DNA of 64,000 nucleotides from Candidatus Latescibacterota bacterium (GTDB lineage Bacteria; Latescibacterota; UBA2968; GCA-2709665): NCBI GenBank assembly GCA_965248435.1, contig OZ252100.1, positions 5,568,001 to 5,632,000 of the forward strand, read 5' to 3'. Shown piece by piece: positions 59,383 to 64,000 of this stretch (position 1 is its first letter; each line of letters starts with the position of its first letter). The notes under the pieces were generated by a model. It saw only the letters and a program-made list of their open reading frames with translations, ran no database searches and was not told where the DNA came from. The position numbers and the translations under genes were made by a program.

Positions 59383-59539
59383 GAGATTCAATCCAATAGT
59401 TCAGTATTTACAACAGCATATTTCTAAGGACTGGTGGGGAACCGTTTCAATCAAATTTCAAGATGGAATCCCAAAGATAATTGAAGAGCACAGAACCAGA
59501 AAATTAGAACCAATGGGTAAGGATGAGAGAAAGTCGTAA
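59375..59539 (+). CDS. Small YezD/DUF2292-like protein
   Basis: WGTVSIKFQDG.P.IIE..RT.K. Confidence 0.55.
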   Translation: MIKRFNPIVQYLQQHISKDWWGTVSIKFQDGIPKIIEEHRTRKLEPMGKDERKS

Positions 59540-59612
59540 GCTAAACTCTAAATCGAAACCTTAAGTATCAGGCGTAGGAACTAACCACACTGATAGAAAG
59601 GTGTGGTTTTCT

Positions 59613-59777
59613 ATGCCAGGAAAGAAAGTTGATTGGGACAAAATCAAGATCACTATTGTTAGAGATTCAGAGCCAAATACCAGGAATCCTTTCTCATCTC
59701 TCACTCCATCTCAAAGAAGAGCTGAACTAATTTCTCTTTGTCAAAAAATTCATCTAAACAGTATAAAAACTACCTGA
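59613..59777 (+). CDS. 54-aa protein upstream of the recombinase (possible directionality factor)
   Basis: MPGKKVDW...NPFSSLTPSQRRAELISLC; SD-like AAGGTG lies in hairpin AACCACAC/GTGTGGTT (59583-59608). Confidence 0.45.
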   Translation: MPGKKVDWDKIKITIVRDSEPNTRNPFSSLTPSQRRAELISLCQKIHLNSIKTT

Positions 59778-59855
59778 ATGACCCTTGTTATACTTTAAGA
59801 TTCTGACTAAGATTGGGAAAGGAAACCATCAAAATCTAATACAGAGGATTTAGCT

Positions 59856-61499
59856 ATGATGTTGTGCGGATTATACACAAGGGTTAGCACAGACCTTCAG
59901 GCTCTTAAGAAAGATTCCAGTCTGGATACTCAAGAAGATATTCTCAGGAAGTGGGTGGATGTAAAAGACCAAACTTCTACCGAAGATTGGAAGATAGTTA
60001 AGGTTTATAGAGAGGAAGGGAAGTCTGGGAAGAATACTGACAGAGATGAGTATCAAGAAATGCTTCAGGATATTTCGGAAGGAAGGGTGAATTGTGTTAT
60101 CTGCACAAAAATCGATAGAATTTCTAGATCTTTAATGGACTTTTACCACTTCCACGAACTTGTAGAAGAACACCAAGGCACTTTTATCTCCCTAAGTGAG
60201 AGTTGGGATACCTCAACTCCAATGGGAAGATTTGCTTTGAAGATTACTTTAGCTGCTGCTGAGCTGGAAAGAGAGCAGACTTCAGACAGAACAAAAGAGA
60301 AAATGCAATGGAGAGCAGAGCAGGGATTGAGTAATGGGGGGCAAAAGCTTGGGTATAATCTTGACCCAAACAACAAGGGAATTCCAAAAGTTAATGAAGA
60401 TGAAAAAGCTCTAGTCTTATTGATTTTCAACACCTATCTGAAAGAGGAAGGCTTTAAGTCCGCAGCAAGAGTTATCAATGAAAAAGGATGTAGAACAAAG
60501 GCATATGTTTCACGCAGAGGTAATGTTCGTGGAGGGAAGAAGTTTAACGACACAACCTTAGCTAGAATCTTGACAGATGAATTTTACATCGGCCAAATAA
60601 CCTACAATGGTGAAACTTTTGAAAGCCAGCACACCCCAATTGTTCCTCTGGAGCTGTGGGAGAAGGCTCAAGCCAAAATTAAAAGCAACAGAATTTTAGG
60701 AGCAAAAAAGAGAAAACAAAACCTACATCTATTCTTGCTTCAAGGATTAGTAAAATGTGGGAATTGTGGATCTTATATGTCACCCCATTATTCAATGAAT
60801 CAGCAGAAAAAACCCTACTTCTATTATTCCTGCACTGATTATCGTCATAAAGGAAAAGACCAAGGGTGTGGGATAAAGCCAGTTCCAGCTCAGCCTCTGG
60901 AAGATTTGGTAGTTTCTCAATTACTAGAGCTGAAGAAGGATGAGGATTTGGTGGATGAGATTGTTGAGCGTGCAACTACAGAATCTCAGAATTGCCTGAG
61001 GAACTTTGAGAAGGCTAAGGAATCTCTGCTGGCTAGGAAAAGAGATGTGGATGGGAAAATTGAATCTCTAGTTGATGGACTTGCTGGAAGAAAAGTTGGG
61101 ATTAAGGCAGTGAGCAGGAAATTACTTGAGCTAGAAGAGCAGCAAAGCCAGCTAGCTGCTGAAATCATCGAAGTAGAGGCGAAAATACGGACTTTTAGGA
61201 GAAACCTGGATGAAACCCGGGATTTTGGGAAAAGCCTTGTAACCTTCTCAGATGTGTTCAGAAGGGCTACTGGAACACATAAAAAAGAGCTGATTGGAAT
61301 GCATCTCAATCAGCTCATATGGACTCCTGAAGAAATAAAGCTAGGATTTTTCCCATCCCTTAGGGGTCCTAAGCTGGGGACGGAAATTCAGCGAATACCT
61401 AGAAATGGTGACCCCGAGGGGAGTCGAACCCCCGTCTCCAGAGTGAGAGTCTGGTGTCCTAGGCCACTGAACGACGGGGTCACCTACCGTAACTGGTGA
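59856..61499 (+). CDS. Large serine recombinase (resolvase, recombinase and zinc-ribbon domains)
   Basis: YTRVST..Q, SGK...R, KIDRISRS, AELERE..SDR, LLQGLVKCGNCG; reads through tRNA-Glu antisense. Confidence 0.95.
   Translation: MMLCGLYTRVSTDLQALKKDSSLDTQEDILRKWVDVKDQTSTEDWKIVKVYREEGKSGKNTDRDEYQEMLQDISEGRVNCVICTKIDRISRSLMDFYHFHELVEEHQGTFISLSESWDTSTPMGRFALKITLAAAELEREQTSDRTKEKMQWRAEQGLSNGGQKLGYNLDPNNKGIPKVNEDEKALVLLIFNTYLKEEGFKSAARVINEKGCRTKAYVSRRGNVRGGKKFNDTTLARILTDEFYIGQITYNGETFESQHTPIVPLELWEKAQAKIKSNRILGAKKRKQNLHLFLLQGLVKCGNCGSYMSPHYSMNQQKKPYFYYSCTDYRHKGKDQGCGIKPVPAQPLEDLVVSQLLELKKDEDLVDEIVERATTESQNCLRNFEKAKESLLARKRDVDGKIESLVDGLAGRKVGIKAVSRKLLELEEQQSQLAAEIIEVEAKIRTFRRNLDETRDFGKSLVTFSDVFRRATGTHKKELIGMHLNQLIWTPEEIKLGFFPSLRGPKLGTEIQRIPRNGDPEGSRTPVSRVRVWCPRPLNDGVTYRNW
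61406..61481 (-). tRNA. tRNA-Glu(CTC)
   Basis: GACCCCG...CCAGA-CT-CTC-AC-TCTGG...GGTTCGACTCC...CGGGGTC-ACCA, 76 nt. Confidence 0.96.
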
Positions 61500-61500
61500 A

Positions 61501-61529
61501 AATCTAGTAAATTACCCAAAGAGCGTCAA
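61501..61529 (-). promoter_or_regulatory. Sigma70 promoter of tRNA-Glu
   Basis: TTGACG-N17-TAGATT. Confidence 0.6.
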
Positions 61530-61542
61530 GAATTATCCCTGC

Positions 61543-61914
61543 TCAGTCGCGCGGTGGCACTGCGCAGAGGAAGCCGAACGGCTCGTCTCCGATGTTCTCG
61601 AACTGGTGCCGTTCGTTGGGGGGAATGTAGATCACGTCCCCCACGGAGACCTCCACGACTTCCCGGCCCACCAACACCCTGGCTGTGCCCCTAAGGACGT
61701 AGACGCCGTGGTCGTGGTCGTGCACGTCGAAAGAAGTTTGACCTCCGTATCGGACCTCGTAGTAGCGCAGGCTGAAGTTTTTGGCACCTTCCCGCCGGCC
61801 GATCACGACGCAACGGGTCCCACCGACAGCCCCTCCATTCTCGTAGTTCTCGACCGGCACATTCTCCCATTCAAACCGTCCTTCCTTGCCCACAAATCGA
61901 TGGAGCACGCCCAT
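61543..61914 (-). CDS. Cupin domain protein
   Basis: GGAGG SD; H.HDH..YVL.G, GDVIYIPPNE.HQFEN. Confidence 0.9.
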   Translation of the reverse strand: MGVLHRFVGKEGRFEWENVPVENYENGGAVGGTRCVVIGRREGAKNFSLRYYEVRYGGQTSFDVHDHDHGVYVLRGTARVLVGREVVEVSVGDVIYIPPNERHQFENIGDEPFGFLCAVPPRD

Positions 61915-61969
61915 TGAACCTCCGTGTCCTTGCGGCATCGGTATGTTTGCGTACCCTGATACCCGGTCG

Positions 61970-62005
61970 AAAAAAGAGAGGCTACGAGCGGACCCGTAAC
62001 CTCTT
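61970..62005 (-). terminator. Rho-independent terminator after tRNA-Arg
   Basis: AGAGGTTACGGG-TCCG-CTCGTAGCCTCT followed by a T-run. Confidence 0.7.
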
Positions 62006-62011
62006 CCGAGA

Positions 62012-62088
62012 TGGTGCGGATGCCAGGATTCGAACCCGGAACCGTCTGATCCGTAGTCAGGTGCTCTATCCAGTTGAGCTACATCCGC
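62012..62088 (-). tRNA. tRNA-Arg(ACG)
   Basis: GCGGATG...CTGA-CT-ACG-GA-TCAG...GGTTCGAATCC...CATCCGC-ACCA, 77 nt; TTGACA-N18-TATCTT upstream. Confidence 0.96.
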
Positions 62089-62238
62089 TTCGAGGGCTAA
62101 GATAAGCAAAAGTCCACCTGGCTGTCAAGCCACGGGAAGCTGCGTGGGGCTTGATTATGTTATCCTATGTGTTACTTTGGTATAGGATGGCGGACGCGAT
62201 TGGAATGGGTGCGGTTTCGTTTTCGGGTAGAGGATGAT

Positions 62239-64000
62239 ATGGATCGAGATGGGGGCACTTATACCTGTCCCATGCACCCTGAGGTTGTGCTGGACATTCC
62301 CGGATCCTGCCCGAGGTGCGGCATGGGGCTGGAACCCACGGAGGTAACCGAGGAAGATCCGAAGAGTCCTGAACTCCTGGACATGACGCGCCGTTTCTGG
62401 GTGTGTCTCGCGCTGACGGCGCCTGTTTTCGTTCTGGCCATGTCGGATATGATTCCCGGATGGATTGAGCGCACTATTCAGGGATCTTTTTTACTGTGGA
62501 TTCAGCTCGTATTGGCAACACCAGTCGTGTTTTGGGGGGGCCTTCCCTTTTTCCAACGGGGCCTCGATTCCGTACGAACCTGGAGCCTGAATATGTTCAC
62601 GCTGATCGCAATCGGGGTCGGCGTCGCCTACACCTACAGTTCGGTCGCCTTGCTCGTTCCGGAGATCTTCCCAGGGGCTTTTCGTGGTCCCGATGGTAGG
62701 GTCGCAGTCTACTTCGAGGCGGCCGCGGTCATTACGACCCTGGTGCTCCTTGGACAGGTGCTGGAATTGCGCGCACGCAGCCGAACCAGTGGAGCGATCC
62801 GGTCGCTCTTGAGCCTCGCGCCCAAGACCGCGCGCGTCATCAGGGATAACGGAGCTGAGGATGACGTCTTGCTGGAGTCTGTCGAGCCGGGAGACCGGCT
62901 CAGGGTCCGTCCAGGAGAGCAGATACCCGTTGACGGTGTCACGATCGAGGGGTCAAGCACCGTGGATGAGTCGATGTTGACAGGGGAGTCCGTTCCCGTA
63001 GATAAGGGGCCCGGGAGCAAAGTGATAGGTGCGACGATGAACGGAGGAGGCACACTGGTCGTCAGGGCTGAACGCGTGGGCAGGGACACAGTCCTGGCCC
63101 AGATCGTGAGAATGGTTACTGAGGCTCAACGCAGCCGAGCTCCGATTCAGCGTGTGGCTGACGTGGCATCATCTTACTTTGTGCCTTCGGTCGTCGCCGC
63201 TTCGGTCGTTACCTTCATTGTGTGGGCTGTTCTCGGACCCGAGCCGTGGCTGGCACATTCCCTGGTCAATGCCGTAGCGGTACTCATCATTGCCTGTCCC
63301 TGCGCCATTGGACTGGCTACGCCGGTGTCGATCATGGTTGGCGTGGGACGTGGGGCAACTGCCGGTGTCCTGGTAAAGGACGCAGAAGCGCTGGAGACGA
63401 TGGAGCGCGTGGACACGCTTGTCGTGGACAAGACAGGAACGCTCACTTCTGGTGGTCCTCGACTGACGGCAATCGTATCGGTGGATGACGAGCACGAAAC
63501 GGAATGGGTTAAACTGGCTGCAAGCCTCGAGCAGGGGAGCGAGCATCCCGTTGCTCGCGCCATCGTGAGTGGCGTCAAAGAGAGGGGATTCGCGCTGGCT
63601 GAATACAAGGATTTTCAATCCATTCCGGGTAAGGGGATCGACGGAAGAGTCGATGGTAAGCGAGTCGTAGTCGGAAGTTCTGGGCTCCTGATGGAAAGGA
63701 GTATCGATTGGAGTGCCTTGGATGAGCGGGCGGAGTCACTCGGGAGAGAGGGACAGACCGTCGTGTTCGCAACCGTCGATGGTCGACTCGTCGGCCTGCT
63801 GGCGGTCTCCGATCCGATCAAGGATTCGACGATTCCCGCGATTACAGATCTGCGTGAGGATGGCATACGCATCATTATGCTTACGGGAGACAATCGATTT
63901 ACGGCAGAGGCTGTGGCCAATCGGATTGGGATCGAGGAAGTGAGAGCGGAGGTACTCCCGGATGAGAAAGTCCAGGTCGTGAAACGTCTTCAGGCGGAAG
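62239..64000 (+). CDS. copA: Copper-translocating P1B-type ATPase (3'-truncated by window edge)
   Basis: YTCPMHP...[40 protein letters not shown]; missing from the ORF track because no stop lies in the window. Confidence 0.93.
   Translation, partial: MDRDGGTYTCPMHPEVVLDIPGSCPRCGMGLEPTEVTEEDPKSPELLDMTRRFWVCLALTAPVFVLAMSDMIPGWIERTIQGSFLLWIQLVLATPVVFWGGLPFFQRGLDSVRTWSLNMFTLIAIGVGVAYTYSSVALLVPEIFPGAFRGPDGRVAVYFEAAAVITTLVLLGQVLELRARSRTSGAIRSLLSLAPKTARVIRDNGAEDDVLLESVEPGDRLRVRPGEQIPVDGVTIEGSSTVDESMLTGESVPVDKGPGSKVIGATMNGGGTLVVRAERVGRDTVLAQIVRMVTEAQRSRAPIQRVADVASSYFVPSVVAASVVTFIVWAVLGPEPWLAHSLVNAVAVLIIACPCAIGLATPVSIMVGVGRGATAGVLVKDAEALETMERVDTLVVDKTGTLTSGGPRLTAIVSVDDEHETEWVKLAASLEQGSEHPVARAIVSGVKERGFALAEYKDFQSIPGKGIDGRVDGKRVVVGSSGLLMERSIDWSALDERAESLGREGQTVVFATVDGRLVGLLAVSDPIKDSTIPAITDLREDGIRIIMLTGDNRFTAEAVANRIGIEEVRAEVLPDEKVQVVKRLQAE

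Larger units (their letters stand above)
22568..61414. mobile_element. ~39-kb genomic island integrated at the 3' end of tRNA-Glu by a large serine recombinase
   Basis: Recombinase abuts and overlaps the tRNA; visibly AT-richer than the 61.5-64 kb flank; GACCC.GA at both junctions; mobile-element cargo. Confidence 0.75.

Noticed and set aside
22568-61414. Prophage or canonical ICE call
   Set aside because: No terminase, capsid, tail, relaxase or recognisable T4SS set
61915-62109. N-terminal extension of the cupin ORF
   Set aside because: Runs through tRNA-Arg and its terminator

Overview
Mosaic 64-kb window from a GC-rich bacterium; EF-hand-like DFDGNGxVDFxDF repeats and the flanking genes suggest a Latescibacterota-like host (inference). 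(1) 1-22.3 kb: a partly decayed tailoring/biosynthetic region with a TylF-type O-methyltransferase, two NTP_transf_5 nucleotidyltransferases, GT2, an epimerase, a Gfo/Idh/MocA oxidoreductase, an Erm-like rRNA methyltransferase, three CYTH-fold proteins, an ABC-2 exporter, a 41-aa candidate precursor peptide, an RND permease, a B12-radical SAM enzyme, IS scars and a tRNA-Val att remnant. (2) About 22.57-61.41 kb: an AT-richer ~39-kb island integrated at the 3' end of tRNA-Glu by a large serine recombinase. The recombinase gene appears split by integration: recombination at GACCC would fuse it in frame to an HTH ORF at the far end. The island mixes bacterial genes (receiver domains, HU-REC fusion, XRE, OM barrel, M48 peptidase plus wHTH, RadC, a Ubl/E2/JAB-E1 ubiquitin-like operon) with archaeal, DPANN-looking genes (zinc-ribbon tyrosine integrase, RHH, AbrB-like, Cys-rich PA14 surface protein, two HerA/VirB4-like ATPases). 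At least six island genes are preceded by archaeal-style TATA boxes 22-25 nt before the start codon. GC-rich IS30 and IS3 copies have inserted into the island. (3) 61.4-64 kb: core host DNA with tRNA-Glu, a cupin, tRNA-Arg and copA. All family assignments come from motifs read by eye; no searches were run.
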